From positions 49,285 to 113,284 of the forward strand of contig CACGJH010000004.1 of the NCBI GenBank assembly GCA_902573325.1: 64,000 nt of DNA, read 5' to 3'. Positions 10,285 through 23,400 of the stretch are shown in pieces. The DNA is from an uncultured Alphaproteobacteria bacterium. GTDB taxonomy: Bacteria; Pseudomonadota; Alphaproteobacteria; HIMB59; GCA-002718135. A program made the position numbers and the translations under genes. The notes under the pieces were generated by a model that was given only the letters and a program-made list of their open reading frames with translations, was not told where the DNA came from and did no database searches. Each line of letters begins with the position of its first letter. The stretch's first letter is position 1.

Positions 10285-10562
10285 TTTTGCTCCGCCTTTT
10301 TGTCTGCTGCTGTATGCCCTTTGAATGTTCTAGTTGGAGAAAACTCACCAAATTTGTGTCCAACCATTTGTTCATTAACTGTTACTGGAACAAACTTCTG
10401 TCCATTATAAACACCGAATGTTAGACCTACGAATTGTGGGAGTATTGTCGATCTTCTAGACCATGTTTTTAATACTTCTTTTCTACCTGACTGAGATAAC
10501 TTTTCAGCTTTCTTCATTAAAGTTATATCAACAAATGGACCTTTCCAAATTGATCTTGTCAT
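10281..10562 (-). CDS. rpsS: 30S ribosomal protein S19
   Basis: 93 aa with [26 protein letters not shown]. Confidence 0.97.
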   Translation of the reverse strand: MTRSIWKGPFVDITLMKKAEKLSQSGRKEVLKTWSRRSTILPQFVGLTFGVYNGQKFVPVTVNEQMVGHKFGEFSPTRTFKGHTAADKKAEQK

Positions 10563-11383
10563 TATTTTTTCTTCCTTTTTATAATAAAAATATTTGTTTT
10601 TTTATTATTTCTTGTTTTTTTACCTTTAGTTGAAACTCCCCATGGAGTGACTGGATCTCTACCTCCAGAAGTTCTTCCCTCACCACCTCCATGAGGATGA
10701 TCGACGGGATTCATAACAACTCCTCTAACCTTAGGTCTAAAACCTAAATATCTTTTTCTACCTGCTTTACCTAATTTAATATTTTTTTGATCGGAATTCG
10801 ATACTTCACCAATTGTTGCTCTACAATTTTTATTAACATGTCTTATTTCACCTGAGATTAGTTTAATTTGAACATATGGTTGTTCTTTTGAAACTATTTG
10901 AGCTGATGAGCCAGCTGATCTAATTAGTTGTGCTCCTGCTCCAGGTTTAAGTTCAATATTATGAATGTTTGTACCAACTGGAATATTATTTATAGGTAGA
11001 CAATTACCATTCTTAATTGGAACGTTTTCACCAGATATTATTTTTTCACCAACTTTAATATTTTTTGGAGATATTATGTAACTATGTTCACCATCTTCAT
11101 ATTTTACAAGAGAAATAAATGCTGATCTATTTGGGTCATACTCATTTCTTACTACTTCAGCTAAGATATCAGTCTTGGATCTTTTAAAATCAATTAATCT
11201 ATACTTTCTTTTTACTCCACCACCCATTCTTCTGGAGGTAATTCTGCCTTGATTGTTTCTACCCCCTGTAGATGTTAGTTTTTTTGTAAGCGATTTATAG
11301 GGCTTATCTTTTGACAACTCCTTTTTTGAAACTAAAACTGTTCCTCTTAAGCCTGGAGTTGTAGGTTTAAATTTAATAAGCAT
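10562..11383 (-). CDS. rplB: 50S ribosomal protein L2
   Basis: 273 aa with [18 protein letters not shown]. Confidence 0.97.
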   Translation of the reverse strand: MLIKFKPTTPGLRGTVLVSKKELSKDKPYKSLTKKLTSTGGRNNQGRITSRRMGGGVKRKYRLIDFKRSKTDILAEVVRNEYDPNRSAFISLVKYEDGEHSYIISPKNIKVGEKIISGENVPIKNGNCLPINNIPVGTNIHNIELKPGAGAQLIRSAGSSAQIVSKEQPYVQIKLISGEIRHVNKNCRATIGEVSNSDQKNIKLGKAGRKRYLGFRPKVRGVVMNPVDHPHGGGEGRTSGGRDPVTPWGVSTKGKKTRNNKKTNIFIIKRKKK

Positions 11384-11694
11384 TATTTAATCTCCAATGA
11401 GGAATCAATGGTATTGCCTTCGTTTAATGTTACAATTGCTTTTTTAGTATCTTTACGGAAACCGAATTGTCCCTTAAAAGTCTTACCTTTACCACGTAAT
11501 ATAGATGTATTGACCTTAGTAACCTTAACTTTGAAAATTTTTTCGACAGCATTCTTAATTTCAGACACATTTGTATCTTTATCCACAACAAATGAATATT
11601 GATTAAATTGTTGAAGGTTAGTTGATTTTTCTGTTGTTATAGGTTTCTTGATAATTTCATAAGCTCTTTCAAGAGAAACATTTTTATTTTTCAT
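11383..11694 (-). CDS. rplW: 50S ribosomal protein L23
   Basis: 103 aa. Position between rplD and rplB, with ..[25 protein letters not shown]. Confidence 0.94.
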   Translation of the reverse strand: MKNKNVSLERAYEIIKKPITTEKSTNLQQFNQYSFVVDKDTNVSEIKNAVEKIFKVKVTKVNTSILRGKGKTFKGQFGFRKDTKKAIVTLNEGNTIDSSLEIK

Positions 11695-12314
11695 GATAAC
11701 CTCTTAGAAATTTCGTTTATAGATTGTTTCTCAATAAAAATTTTATCAAAAGTAATTAGGTCTTTAACATTTATACCTTTTTGATTTAAAGTAGATACTT
11801 TAGGTATATTTGAAGATGCAAGCATAAAATTTTTATCTAATCCACTTTCTGAATGAATAAATAGCGCAGATTCATAATTAAATTTTTTCAAATCTGAAAA
11901 CAAATCCTTGGTTTTAAAACTTTTAATTTCAAAAGTATCAATTATGATAATTTTATCTTCTGAATTTTTAATTGATAATGCTGATTTTAGAGCTAACTTC
12001 TTTTCTTTTTTATTTAAAGAAAATGAATAGTCTCTGTTTATAGGACCCATAGACACCGCACCGCCCCTAAAATTGGGAGGTTTATTACTACCTTGTCTTG
12101 CATTGCCAGTACCTTTTTGAGAAAAAGGTTTTTTACTTCTTCCTCTGACTTCTGATCTAGACTTCGTTTTGTGTGAACCTTGTCTGGATTTAGCATTTTG
12201 ATATCTAATATAATGATGAATCAAATCAGGTAGGTTTCTTACTCCAAATATATTTGCATCTAGATCTATGTCTCCTACGGTTTTATTTTTTAAATTTAGA
12301 ACTTCTCTTTTCAT
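11691..12314 (-). CDS. rplD: 50S ribosomal protein L4
   Basis: 207 aa with ..SRSEVRGRSKKPFSQKGTGNARQGS. Confidence 0.95.
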   Translation of the reverse strand: MKREVLNLKNKTVGDIDLDANIFGVRNLPDLIHHYIRYQNAKSRQGSHKTKSRSEVRGRSKKPFSQKGTGNARQGSNKPPNFRGGAVSMGPINRDYSFSLNKKEKKLALKSALSIKNSEDKIIIIDTFEIKSFKTKDLFSDLKKFNYESALFIHSESGLDKNFMLASSNIPKVSTLNQKGINVKDLITFDKIFIEKQSINEISKRLS

Positions 12315-12959
12315 TTATGACCTTTTAACTGAATCTTTTAAATATATAATTGAATTTTTTTTTCCTGGTACAGATCCTTTTATAATTAAAAGATTATTTT
12401 CATTATCAATTTGAATTATTTTTAAGTTTTGTTTAGTAACTTTTCTATTACCCATTCTTCCGGCCATTTTTTTTCCTTTAAAAACTCTTCCAGGATCTTG
12501 ATTTTGACCTGTTGAGCCATGAGAACGATGGGAAATAGATACTCCATGAGAAGCTCTAAGTCCTCCAAAGTTATGTCTTTTCATAACTCCTGCAAAACCT
12601 TTTCCAATTGAAAAACTACTGGCATCTATAAATTGATCAACCTTAAAATGACTAGCATCCAATTTTGTTCCAATTTCAAGAATATTTTCATTATCAACTT
12701 TAAACTCTTTCAATATTTTTTTTGGATTAATCTTAATGGAAGAAAAAATTTTTCTTTGCGGTTTTTTTATATTAGAAATATCTTTTAAAGTTTCGATGGA
12801 AGCCAATTGAACTGCATTGTATCCATCTTTTTCAGTAGTTTTAACGTTTGATACTATACACTCATCAACTTTTAATACAGTTACGTGTGTACTCGTGCCA
12901 TCATCATAGTAATAGGAACTATTCCCTATTTTAGTTGCTATGAGGCCAGATCTTAACAT
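12315..12959 (-). CDS. rplC: 50S ribosomal protein L3
   Basis: 214 aa with ..GKGFAGVMKRHNFGG..SHRSHGSTG..PGRVFKGKKMAGRMG. Confidence 0.96.
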   Translation of the reverse strand: MLRSGLIATKIGNSSYYYDDGTSTHVTVLKVDECIVSNVKTTEKDGYNAVQLASIETLKDISNIKKPQRKIFSSIKINPKKILKEFKVDNENILEIGTKLDASHFKVDQFIDASSFSIGKGFAGVMKRHNFGGLRASHGVSISHRSHGSTGQNQDPGRVFKGKKMAGRMGNRKVTKQNLKIIQIDNENNLLIIKGSVPGKKNSIIYLKDSVKRS

Positions 12960-12960
12960 G

Positions 12961-13269
12961 TTAAATTTTTATATCTACTTCTACCCCTGCGGATAGATCT
13001 AGTTTCATTAAAGCATCAACTGTCTGAGGTGTTGGATCAATTATATCTAAAAGACGATTGTGGGTTCTTATCTCTAACTGATCTCTACTTTTTTTATCTA
13101 TATGAGGTGATTTATTAACAGTAAATCTCTCAAACCTAGTAGGTAGTGGAATAGGTCCCTTTACTTTTGCTCCAGTTCTCTTTGCGGTATTAATAATATC
13201 TTGAGTACTCGTGTCTAAAAGTGAACTATCGAAACCTCTAAGTCTAATTCTAATATTTTGATTATCCAT
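12961..13269 (-). CDS. rpsJ: 30S ribosomal protein S10
   Basis: 102 aa with [20 protein letters not shown]. The start overlaps the fusA stop by 1 nt. Confidence 0.97.
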   Translation of the reverse strand: MDNQNIRIRLRGFDSSLLDTSTQDIINTAKRTGAKVKGPIPLPTRFERFTVNKSPHIDKKSRDQLEIRTHNRLLDIIDPTPQTVDALMKLDLSAGVEVDIKI

Positions 13270-15347
13270 TATGCTAACTTTGCCTTTACTTCTTCGGCTA
13301 CATTTGATGGTACTTCTTCGTAATGATCAAATTGCATTGAGTAATTTGCTCTACCTTGAGAGAGCGATCTCAAATTATTTACGTATCCGAACATATTTGC
13401 AAGCGGTACCATTGCGTCAACAACGTTTGCATTACCTCTAGTTGACATTTCTTGAACTTGACCTCTACGACTATTAAGATCTCCAATTACATCACCCATA
13501 TATTCTTCAGGTGTGACTACTTCAACTTTCATCATAGGTTCTAATAAAACAGGTTTTGCTTTCGAGATACCTTCTCTAAAAGCTGCTCTTGCAGCAATTT
13601 CAAAAGCTAGAACACTAGAGTCCACATCGTGATAAGCTCCATCATATAATGTTGCTTTAAAATCAATACAAGGGAAACCAGCTATAACTCCAGTCTGTTG
13701 TTGAGCTATTAAACCCTTTTCAACCCCAGGAACATGTTCTGTTGGTATATTTCCACCTTTAATTTGATTTACGAACTCATAACCACTTCCAGGCTCACCA
13801 GGTTCAAATTTAATTTTTACTCTAGCAAATTGACCAGCTCCTCCAGATTGTTTTTTATGAGTATAATCAACATCAAATGAACTTGAAATTGTTTCTCTGT
13901 AAGCAACTTGAGGCGCGCCAACGTTAGCCTCGACTTTAAATTCTCTTTTCATCCTGTCTACCAGTATTTCAAGGTGTAGTTCCCCCATACCTTTTATAAT
14001 AGTCTGACCACTTTCATGATCAGTAGTTACTCTAAAACTAGGGTCTTCTTGTGCTAATCTTCCCAATGCTTGTCCCATTTTTTCATGATCAACCTTAGTT
14101 TTAGGCTCGACTGCAACTTCAATTACTGGATCAGGGAAGTCCATCTTTTCCAGTACTATTGGATTATCAGAAGCACATAAAGTCTCACCAGTTGTTACGT
14201 CTTTTAAACCTACCAATGCAACTATATCGCCAGCATTTGCAGTTTTTATTTCTTCTCTATTATTTGCGTGCATTAAAAGCATTCTTCCAATATTTTCTTT
14301 TTTCCCAGAATTTGAATTAAGCACTGAATCTTTTGTATTAATTGATCCCGAGTAAACTCTTGCAAAAGTAAGACTTCCAACAAAAGGGTCGGTCATAATC
14401 TTAAATGCTAGAGCACTGAATGGTTCATTATCCTCACATTTTCTAGTTAATTCTTTTGAGTCATCATTTACATCTACACCCTTAACGCTTGATACATCTG
14501 TTGGAGAGGGCATATAATCAATAACTGCATCCAAAAGTGGTTGCACACCTTTATTTTTAAATGCAGATCCTGTCAAAACAGGGACAAAAGCTCCTCTTAA
14601 AGTTCCTTTCCTAATACACAGCTTTAGTTCTTCAATAGTTGGTTCGTTACCTTCAAGATATTTCTCCATAATACTATCATCTTCTTCAACAGCTTTTTCT
14701 ATTAATTTTAATCTATATTCTGAGGATTGATCTTTCAAATCTTCAGGGATATCTACAACATCAAATTTAGCTCCGAGACTTTCATCTTGCCAAATAATAG
14801 CTTTGTTAGAAACTAAATCAATAACACCTTTTAAGCTACTTTCAATTCCAATAGGTAACTGGGTCACTAAAGGATAGGAACCTAAACGTTCAGAAATCAT
14901 TTCCACACACATAAAAAAGTTAGCACCAGTTCTATCTAATTTATTTACAAAGCACATTCTTGGAACTTTATATTTGTCAGCTTGCCTCCACACCGTTTCA
15001 GATTGTGGTTCTACGCCAGCTACTCCATCAAATACAGCTACTGCTCCATCTAAAACTTTCAAAGATCTTTCAACCTCAATTGTGAAATCTACATGCCCAG
15101 GGGTATCAATGATATTGATACGATGATCTTTCCAAAAACATGTGGTCGCTGCTGAAGTAATAGTAATACCTCTTTCTTGCTCTTGCTCCATCCAATCCAT
15201 TGTTGCAGCACCATCATGAACTTCACCAATTTTATGAGACTTACCTGTATAGTATAATATTCTTTCTGTAGTTGTCGTTTTGCCGGCATCAATATGTGCC
15301 ATGATACCTATATTTCTATATTTAGATAATGAATGTGATCTAGTCAT
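13269..15347 (-). CDS. fusA: Elongation factor G
   Basis: 692 aa with [30 protein letters not shown]. Confidence 0.98.
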   Translation of the reverse strand: MTRSHSLSKYRNIGIMAHIDAGKTTTTERILYYTGKSHKIGEVHDGAATMDWMEQEQERGITITSAATTCFWKDHRINIIDTPGHVDFTIEVERSLKVLDGAVAVFDGVAGVEPQSETVWRQADKYKVPRMCFVNKLDRTGANFFMCVEMISERLGSYPLVTQLPIGIESSLKGVIDLVSNKAIIWQDESLGAKFDVVDIPEDLKDQSSEYRLKLIEKAVEEDDSIMEKYLEGNEPTIEELKLCIRKGTLRGAFVPVLTGSAFKNKGVQPLLDAVIDYMPSPTDVSSVKGVDVNDDSKELTRKCEDNEPFSALAFKIMTDPFVGSLTFARVYSGSINTKDSVLNSNSGKKENIGRMLLMHANNREEIKTANAGDIVALVGLKDVTTGETLCASDNPIVLEKMDFPDPVIEVAVEPKTKVDHEKMGQALGRLAQEDPSFRVTTDHESGQTIIKGMGELHLEILVDRMKREFKVEANVGAPQVAYRETISSSFDVDYTHKKQSGGAGQFARVKIKFEPGEPGSGYEFVNQIKGGNIPTEHVPGVEKGLIAQQQTGVIAGFPCIDFKATLYDGAYHDVDSSVLAFEIAARAAFREGISKAKPVLLEPMMKVEVVTPEEYMGDVIGDLNSRRGQVQEMSTRGNANVVDAMVPLANMFGYVNNLRSLSQGRANYSMQFDHYEEVPSNVAEEVKAKLA

Positions 15348-15353
15348 TTAGCT

Positions 15354-15824
15354 TTACCATCTAAAGTGTGAGAAGGCTCTATTTGCGTCAGCCATTTTAT
15401 GAGTCTCTTCTCTTTTTTTAACTGCATTTCCCTTATTGTTAAATGCATCGATTATTTCATTAGCAACTCTTTCTCTCATTGTTTTTTCATTTCTTTTAGT
15501 TGCAGAGTCTACTATCCATTTCATTGCTAGAGTTTGAGCTCTCTTTGGTCTAACCTCCATTGGAACTTGATAAGTAGCGCCACCAACTCTACGGGATCTA
15601 ACTTCTAATGATGGCTTCACATTATTTAATGCATCATGAAAAAAATCAATTGGTGTTTTATCTGTTTTTTTTGATACAATATCAAAAGCGCCGTAAACTA
15701 TTTTTTCTGAAGTAGATTTTTTTCCATCTAGCATAATTCTATTCATAAATTTTGCTAAAACTAAATCTTTATATTTGTGATCTGGAAGAATAGTTCTTTT
15801 TTCTGCTGCTCTTCTTCTAGACAT
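15354..15824 (-). CDS. rpsG: 30S ribosomal protein S7
   Basis: 156 aa with [34 protein letters not shown]. Confidence 0.97.
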   Translation of the reverse strand: MSRRRAAEKRTILPDHKYKDLVLAKFMNRIMLDGKKSTSEKIVYGAFDIVSKKTDKTPIDFFHDALNNVKPSLEVRSRRVGGATYQVPMEVRPKRAQTLAMKWIVDSATKRNEKTMRERVANEIIDAFNNKGNAVKKREETHKMADANRAFSHFRW

Positions 15825-15826
15825 AA

Positions 15827-16198
15827 TTATTTAGGACGTTTTGCTCCATAAAGAGAGCGTCTTTGTTTTCTTGCCGAAACACCTTGAGTGTCTAGAGTTC
15901 CTCTTAAAATATGATACCTTACACCAGGTAGATCTTTTACACGACCACCTCTTATTAAAACAACTGAGTGCTCTTGCAAGTTATGGCCTTCTCCAGGGAT
16001 ATAAGCTGAAACCTCTTGTCCATTTGTAAGTTTTACTCTTGCAACTTTTCTTAATGCTGAATTTGGTTTTTTTGGAGTGGTTGTATATACTCTTGTACAA
16101 ACTCCACGTTTTTGAGGGCTTTTATCTAAAGCAGGAACTTTGTTCCTTTTTTTTACTGAAGTTCTACCTTTTCTAACAAGTTGGTTAATTGTTGGCAT
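15827..16198 (-). CDS. rpsL: 30S ribosomal protein S12
   Basis: 123 aa with [27 protein letters not shown]. Confidence 0.98.
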   Translation of the reverse strand: MPTINQLVRKGRTSVKKRNKVPALDKSPQKRGVCTRVYTTTPKKPNSALRKVARVKLTNGQEVSAYIPGEGHNLQEHSVVLIRGGRVKDLPGVRYHILRGTLDTQGVSARKQRRSLYGAKRPK

Positions 16199-16258
16199 TT
16201 TATCCTCTAGTTAAGTGTTTGGAATTTAATCCACGACCTTTAACAAATCGTAGGGGTC

Positions 16259-16285
16259 TTTATAAATTGATTTCAATAAAGTCAA
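16259..16285 (-). promoter_or_regulatory. Weak candidate promoter upstream of rpsL
   Basis: On the minus strand: TTGACT (16285..16280), then TATAAA (16264..16259). The spacer is only 15 nt. Lies in the 104-nt rpoC-rpsL gap. Confidence 0.25.
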
Positions 16286-16302
16286 GCAGATATCCTATAA
16301 AA

Positions 16303-19300
16303 TTAAGAATTTTCTTGATTTTCTGACTGATTCTTATCAATTATTTCCTTATCTCGTTCAAATGCAATGTTTTCATAATCTGTGGTCATCTTTCCAGTTC
16401 CAGCAGGAATTAATCTACCAACAATAACATTTTCTTTTAAGCCATTTAGTGTATCTAATTTACCTAATGTAGCTGCATCTGTTAATACTTTTGTAGTTTC
16501 CTGGAATGAAGCAGCTGAAATAAACGAATTAGTTTGTAAGCTGGCCTTAGTTATACCTAATAATACTGGCTCATATATAACTTCATTTTTTCCTTCACTC
16601 GAAAGTATTTTATTTAATTTTATAACATCTCTTCTTTGTATCTGTTCTCCAACAATTAAATTTGAGTCTCCAGAATTTTTTATCAAAACTTTCTGAAGCA
16701 TTTGTCTAGCAATAGTTTCAATATGCTTATCATTAATATAAACTCCTTGAAGTTTATAAACGGATTGTACTTCTCTAACTAGATATCTTGCCAATTCTTC
16801 AACCCCTAAGATCCTTAGTATGTCGTGGGGAACGGGGGTTCCTTCAACTAAAATATCACCCTTTTTAACAAAATCTCCCTCTTGAACATTTAAATACTTT
16901 GATCTGGGAATTAATATTTCAAAGGTTTCTTTTTCATCAAGAGAAGTAATAATTACTCTTCTTTTATTTTTATAATCCTTACCAAAAGAAATTTTGCCAT
17001 CAATCTCACACATTATTGCAGGATCTTTAGGTTTTCTAGCTTCAAATAGCTCAGCAACTCTTGGTAATCCACCCGTGATATCTTTTGTTTTTGACGATTC
17101 TTTTGGAATTCTAGCTATAACTTGACCAGCTGAAACTTCTTGTCCATCCTCAACACTCAATATTGAGTCAATTGACATCGGGTAATTAGAAAAATTACTA
17201 TCTTCTTGTTTTTCAGATAAATTTTCTAGAATATTAATTGCAGGTTTGAAATTTTTACTTTTCTGGTTCTGACTCCAGTCAATTACTATTTTACTAGAAA
17301 TTCCTGTAGTATCATCAATGGACTCTCTAAAAGAAACACCTTGTTTCAAATCTACATATTTAATAAAACCATTTCTTTCCGCAATAATAGGTAAGGTATA
17401 AGGATCCCATTCAGCAATAATTTTATTATTATCTACATTATCTCCGTCGTTAAATAGGATTTTAGAGCCAAAAGGAATGTTTGAAGAATATTTTTCAATA
17501 TTTTCATCAATAATTTTTATTTTGGCATTTCTGCTTAAAACTATTTTGTTTTTAAAACGATCTTCTATAATTTTTATGTTTTCAAATTTTATTTTTCCCG
17601 ATACTGGTGAAGAGGCATTTGACTGTTCTACTGATGAACTTGCAGCACCTCCTATATGAAAGGTACGCATAGTAAGCTGTGTGCCTGGTTCTCCAATAGA
17701 TTGAGCTGCGATTATACCAACTGCTTCACCGACGTTTACTGGTGTACCCCTTGCAAGATCTCTTCCATAACATTTTGAACAAATACCATCTTCAGTTTCA
17801 CAAGTTAAAACAGATCTAATTTTTAAAGATCTGATACCAAGTTTAGAAATAGAGTCTAGGTCTCTTTCTGAAATTATTTCTCCAGCCTTGACTAGAATGT
17901 TATTGTTTTCGTCTGTTATATCTTCAACTGGCGTTCTACCTAATACTCTTTCTGTTAATGGAGAAGTAATATTCCCAGATTCTACAATTTCTTCAACAAT
18001 AACTCCATTTTTTGTCTTGCAATCTTCTTCACGAATTACAGCATCTTGAGCAACATCAACAAGTCTTCTAGTTAAGTATCCACTACTTGCTGTTTTCAGA
18101 GCCGTATCTGCAAGTCCTTTTCTTGCTCCATGAGTTGAAGTAAAATATTCTAGAACAGATAAACCTTCTTTAAAATTAGATTTAATTGGATTTTCTATTA
18201 TTTCTCCTGAAGGTTTAGCCATTAGGCCTCTCATACCCGATAATTGCTTTAATTGTGCTGCAGAACCTCTAGCACCAGAATGCGCCATCATATAAACAGA
18301 ATTTATTGGTTTATCATCATCAGGATTAGAAATAACATCAAGCATTTTATCTGCTACGTTGTTTGTACATTCTGACCATGCGTCAACAACCTTATTGTAT
18401 TTCTCCCCTTGCGTGATGAGGCCATCTTGATATTGATTTTCGTACTCTTGAACTTTTTGTTGAGTTTCATTTAATAAACTATCTTTTTCAGATGGAATAA
18501 TTAAATCATCCTTTCCAAATGAAATACCAGCAATAGCAGCGTATTTAAATCCTATTTGCATGATATGATCTGCAAATAACACAGTTTCTTTTTGACCACA
18601 AAACCTATAAACTGAATCAATTATGTTACTTACTTCTTTTTTTGTAAGTACTTTATTAATCATCTCAAAACTTATATTTTTGTTTTTTGGTAGAATATTT
18701 CCTAATATCATTCTACCTGGTGTAGTTTGAACTATTTGTTTTTGATCATCATAGTTTATTATTCTTGCATTTATTTTTGTGTGAAGACTTACATCACCAT
18801 TCTCTAATGCTTTTTCTATTTCATTTAAGTCTACAAAAATTCTTCCTTGACCTTTTTGACTTTCTCTCATGATAGATAAGTAATAAATTCCAAGTACTAT
18901 GTCTTGTGATGGAACAATTATTGGTTTTCCACTAGAAGGAGATAAAATGTTATTAGTACTCATCATTAGAACTCTTGCTTCTAATTGTGCTTCAAGACTG
19001 AGCGGTACATGAACCGCCATTTGGTCACCATCAAAATCAGCATTGAATGCAGTACAAACTAGTGGATGAAGTTGTATAGATTTGCCTTCAATCAAAGTTG
19101 GTTCGAATGCTTGAATTCCAAGTCTGTGTAATGTTGGCGCTCTATTTAAAAGCACAGGATGTTCCCGTATTACTTCCTCTAAAATATCCCAAACTCTAGG
19201 ATCCTCTTTTTCAACTAATTTTTTTGCTGCTTTAATTGTATTGGCCCAACCATAAATATCAAGTTTATGGAAAATAAAAGGCTTGAATAATTCGAGAGCC

Positions 19301-20421
19301 ATCTTTTTGGGAATACCACATTGATGGAGTTTTAAATTAGGACCAACTACAATTACAGATCTTCCAGAATAATCTACTCTTTTACCAAGAAGATTTTGTC
19401 TAAACCTTCCCTGTTTACCTTTAAGCATGTCAGATAATGATTTTAGAGGTCTTTTATTTGTAGAAGTTATTACTCTTCCTCTTCTACCATTATCAAATAA
19501 AGCGTCCACTGATTCCTGAAGCATTCTTTTTTCATTTCTAATAATTATATCTGGAGCTCTAAGATCAATTAATCTTTTTAATCTATTATTTCTATTAATT
19601 ACTCTTCTGTATAAATCGTTTAAATCACTTGTTGCAAACCTGCCTCCATCAAGTGGAACTAATGGTCTCAATTCAGGTGGAATTACAGGTAATACTCTTA
19701 ATATCATCCATTCTGGTTTGTTTTTTGATAAAATAAACGATTCAATTAATTTTAATCGTTTGGTAATTTTAGTTTTCTTTAACTCTGATTTAGTCTCAGT
19801 TAAATCAATTTTCAGTTGGTTATAATCGGATTCCAGATCAATACTTAATAGCATTTGTTCGATTGCTTCAGCACCAATTGCTGCACTGAAAGAATCTTCA
19901 CCATACTCATCTTGATAATCAATAAATTGCTCTTCAGAGATAATTTCACCTTTTTTTAAATCTGTTAAACCAGGTTCAACAACTATAAATTGTTCAAAAT
20001 AGAGAACTTTTTCAAGATTTTTAATTGTCATATCTAGTAGAGTTGCTATTCTGCTTGGTAAAGACTTCATAAACCAAATATGCGATACTGGAGCAGCTAA
20101 TTCTATATGACCCATTCTGTCTCTTCTTACTTTAGAAAGTGTAACCTCTACTCCACATTTTTCACAGATTATTCCTCTAAACTTCATCCTTTTATATTTT
20201 CCACAAAGACATTCATAATCTTTTACAGGACCAAAAATCCTAGAGCAAAATAGTCCGTCTTTTTCTGGCTTAAAAGTTCGATAATTAATTGTCTCAGGTT
20301 TTTTTATTTCACCGAATGACCACGATCTAATATCTTCTGGACTAGCTATAGAAATTTTTAGGCTATTAAAGTTTTGTACACCTTGATTCTGATTAAAAAT
20401 ATTTGTAAGTTCTTTATTCAT
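16303..20421 (-). CDS. rpoC: DNA-directed RNA polymerase beta-prime subunit
   Basis: 1372 aa. N-terminal zinc motif [23 protein letters not shown] and catalytic motif [12 protein letters not shown]. Overlaps rpoB by 8 nt (ATGAATAA). Confidence 0.98.
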   Translation of the reverse strand: MNKELTNIFNQNQGVQNFNSLKISIASPEDIRSWSFGEIKKPETINYRTFKPEKDGLFCSRIFGPVKDYECLCGKYKRMKFRGIICEKCGVEVTLSKVRRDRMGHIELAAPVSHIWFMKSLPSRIATLLDMTIKNLEKVLYFEQFIVVEPGLTDLKKGEIISEEQFIDYQDEYGEDSFSAAIGAEAIEQMLLSIDLESDYNQLKIDLTETKSELKKTKITKRLKLIESFILSKNKPEWMILRVLPVIPPELRPLVPLDGGRFATSDLNDLYRRVINRNNRLKRLIDLRAPDIIIRNEKRMLQESVDALFDNGRRGRVITSTNKRPLKSLSDMLKGKQGRFRQNLLGKRVDYSGRSVIVVGPNLKLHQCGIPKKMALELFKPFIFHKLDIYGWANTIKAAKKLVEKEDPRVWDILEEVIREHPVLLNRAPTLHRLGIQAFEPTLIEGKSIQLHPLVCTAFNADFDGDQMAVHVPLSLEAQLEARVLMMSTNNILSPSSGKPIIVPSQDIVLGIYYLSIMRESQKGQGRIFVDLNEIEKALENGDVSLHTKINARIINYDDQKQIVQTTPGRMILGNILPKNKNISFEMINKVLTKKEVSNIIDSVYRFCGQKETVLFADHIMQIGFKYAAIAGISFGKDDLIIPSEKDSLLNETQQKVQEYENQYQDGLITQGEKYNKVVDAWSECTNNVADKMLDVISNPDDDKPINSVYMMAHSGARGSAAQLKQLSGMRGLMAKPSGEIIENPIKSNFKEGLSVLEYFTSTHGARKGLADTALKTASSGYLTRRLVDVAQDAVIREEDCKTKNGVIVEEIVESGNITSPLTERVLGRTPVEDITDENNNILVKAGEIISERDLDSISKLGIRSLKIRSVLTCETEDGICSKCYGRDLARGTPVNVGEAVGIIAAQSIGEPGTQLTMRTFHIGGAASSSVEQSNASSPVSGKIKFENIKIIEDRFKNKIVLSRNAKIKIIDENIEKYSSNIPFGSKILFNDGDNVDNNKIIAEWDPYTLPIIAERNGFIKYVDLKQGVSFRESIDDTTGISSKIVIDWSQNQKSKNFKPAINILENLSEKQEDSNFSNYPMSIDSILSVEDGQEVSAGQVIARIPKESSKTKDITGGLPRVAELFEARKPKDPAIMCEIDGKISFGKDYKNKRRVIITSLDEKETFEILIPRSKYLNVQEGDFVKKGDILVEGTPVPHDILRILGVEELARYLVREVQSVYKLQGVYINDKHIETIARQMLQKVLIKNSGDSNLIVGEQIQRRDVIKLNKILSSEGKNEVIYEPVLLGITKASLQTNSFISAASFQETTKVLTDAATLGKLDTLNGLKENVIVGRLIPAGTGKMTTDYENIAFERDKEIIDKNQSENQENS

Positions 20422-23400
20422 TTGATCCTATTAAGTTAGTTAAATTATTTTCTTTAGAATTTTCCTTAAAATCTAAGTTTAAGCCAAGAGATCTAAGTTC
20501 TTTCACCATTACATTAAATGACTCAGGTGTTCCTGATTCAAAATTATTATCTCCTTTTACGATAGATTCATATACTTTTGTTCTACCGGCAACGTCATCA
20601 GATTTGATTGTAAGAATTTCTTGAAGAGTATATGCTGCACCGTATGCTTCTAAAGCCCACACTTCCATTTCACCAAATCTTTGACCACCAAATTGAGCCT
20701 TACCACCAAGTGGCTGTTGTGTAACTAAGCTATAAGGGCCAATAGATCGAGCATGTATTTTTTCATCGACAAGATGATGTAATTTAAGCATGTACATGTA
20801 ACCCACAGTTACCGGTCTATCAAATTTTTGGCCAGTTACACCATCATACAATATTTCTTGACCAGTTTCAGAAACACCAGATATTGAAAGCAAATTGGTA
20901 ATATCCTTTTCTTTTGCTCCATCAAATACAGGAGTTGCAAAAGGAATTCCCTCTTTCAAATTATTACCTAATTCAAAAATTTCATCATCGTTCATATTCT
21001 TGATAATTTTTTGATGTTTTTCAAGATCATAAATCTCTAAAAGTTTATTTCTTAAGTTTTTAGTTTGACCCTCTGATTGAATACTTTTAATCATTTCACT
21101 TACTTGTCTTCCCAAAGAAGCAGAGGCCCAGCCTAAATGTGTTTCAAGAATTTGTCCTATGTTCATTCTACTAGGAACACCTAAAGGATTTAAAACAATA
21201 TCAACAGGAGTTCCATCTTCTAAATATGGCATGTCTTCAACAGGACAAATTTTAGATATTACACCTTTATTTCCATGTCTTCCTGCCATTTTATCCCCAG
21301 GCTGAAGTTTTCTTTTTACGGATATAAATACTTTTATAAGTTTTAATACACCTGGCAATAATTCATCTCCACTTTGGATCTTATCTATTTTATTTTCAAA
21401 TTTTTGATTGATGTTTCCAAGTTGATTTTCATAATTCTTAACCAATGTTTCAATTTGATTAGTTTTATTATCGTTAGAAATGTTTATTTTGAGTAAATCA
21501 CTTAAATTTAGTTTCTCAATGTCTTCAAATTTGATTTCAGAATTTTTGTTTAGACTTTCGTAACCTGAAATAAATATTTGACCTGTGAGTAATTCTCTCA
21601 AATGATTACCAAAACTTTTCTCAAGAATTTTTAATTCATCGTCTCTATCACGAGCTATAACTTCAATTTGATTATTTTCGATACTTATAGCTCTTTCATC
21701 TTTTTCAATACCCCTTCTTGAAAACACTCTTATTTCAACAATTGTTCCTTTAACCCCTGGAGGAACCCTTAAACTGGTATCTTTAACATCTGCTGCTTTT
21801 TCTCCAAATATTGCTCTTAATAATTTTTCTTCTGGGGTCATTGGTGACTCTCCTTTTGGAGTCACTTTTCCAACCAATATATCTCCAGAATTAACTTCAG
21901 CACCAACGTAAACAATTCCTGTTTCATCTAGATTAACTAACATTTCTTCACTGGCATTTGGTATATCTCGAGTTATTTCTTCAGGACCAAGTTTTGTATC
22001 TCTTGACATAACTTCAAATTCTTCAACATGAATTGATGTAAACACATCATCCTGAACAACTTTTTCTGAAATTAGAATAGAGTCTTCAAAATTATATCCA
22101 TTCCAAGGCATAAAAGCTGCGAGCACGTTCCTTCCTAATGCAAGTTCGCCTAAATCTGTAGCTGGTCCATCAGCAATAACTTGATTTTTCTTGACCCTCT
22201 CTCCTACATTAACAAGAGGTCTTTGGGTTATACAAGTGTTCTGGTTTGATCTCTGAAACTTAGCAAGATTATAGATATCAATTTTATTTAAAGATTTATC
22301 ATTCTTATCGGTAATTCTAATTACTATTCTCTGTGCATCGAGCTGATCCACTATACCTTCTCTTTTTGCAACAATTGTTGAACCACTGTCATTAGCTACA
22401 GTGTATTCCATACCAGTTCCAACAAGTGGGGCTTTTGGTTTAATTAATGGCACTGCCTGTCTCATCATATTTGAACCCATCAATGCTCTATTAGCATCAT
22501 CATTTTCTAAGAAAGGAATTAAGGAAGAGGCTACAGAAACAAGTTGTTGTGGAGAAACATCCATTAGATCAATTGCTTCAATATCCACATTTATAAATTC
22601 ACCATTTTTTCTACAACTAACTATGTTGTCTCTAAATTTACCTTTTGGATCAATCTCAGCGTTTGCTTGCGCAATTACAAAATCTTCTTCGTCAATAGCA
22701 CTTAAATAAATTACCTTCTCTGTAACCTTTCCAGAATTAACAATTCTATATGGGGTTTCGATAAAACCATATTTATTTATTCTCGAATAAGATGCTAAAC
22801 TATTTATAAGACCAATATTAGCTCCTTCGGGTGTTTCAATTGGGCAAATTCTTCCATAATGTGTTTGATGGACATCCCTTACTTCAAAACCTGCTCTTTC
22901 TCTATTTAATCCCCCTGGTCCAAGTGCTGAAACTCTTCTTTTATGTGTTATTTCACTTAACGGATTTGTTTGGTCCATAAATTGACTCAACTGACTTAGT
23001 CCAAAAAATTCTTTAATTGAAGCAACAACAGGTTTTGCATTAACAATATCCTGTGGCATTATATTATCAACTTCTAAAGAGCTTAATCTTTCCTTTATTG
23101 CTCTATCCATTTTTAATAAACCAATTCGATATTGATTTTCTAGTAACTCTCCGACAGATCTGACTCTTCTATTTGCTAAATGATCGATGTCATCAATTTC
23201 ACCTTTTCCATCAATTAGATTGTGCATATGATTTACAACATCTAGGATGTCACTTTTGTCTAAAATTCTTTGTTCTATATCTGAAGATTTTTTAAATTTT
23301 GCGTTAATTTTAAGTCTTCCTACTGATGATAAATCATATCTGTCAGCATTGAAAAAAAGATTATTAAAAAGATTTTCTGCAGTTTCTATAGTTGGAGGTT

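Noticed and set aside
15089-15292. Same-strand alternative-frame ORFs inside fusA (15089-15292) and fdsA (32931-33116).
   Set aside because: They are embedded out of frame in conserved genes. They are short and have no recognisable features.
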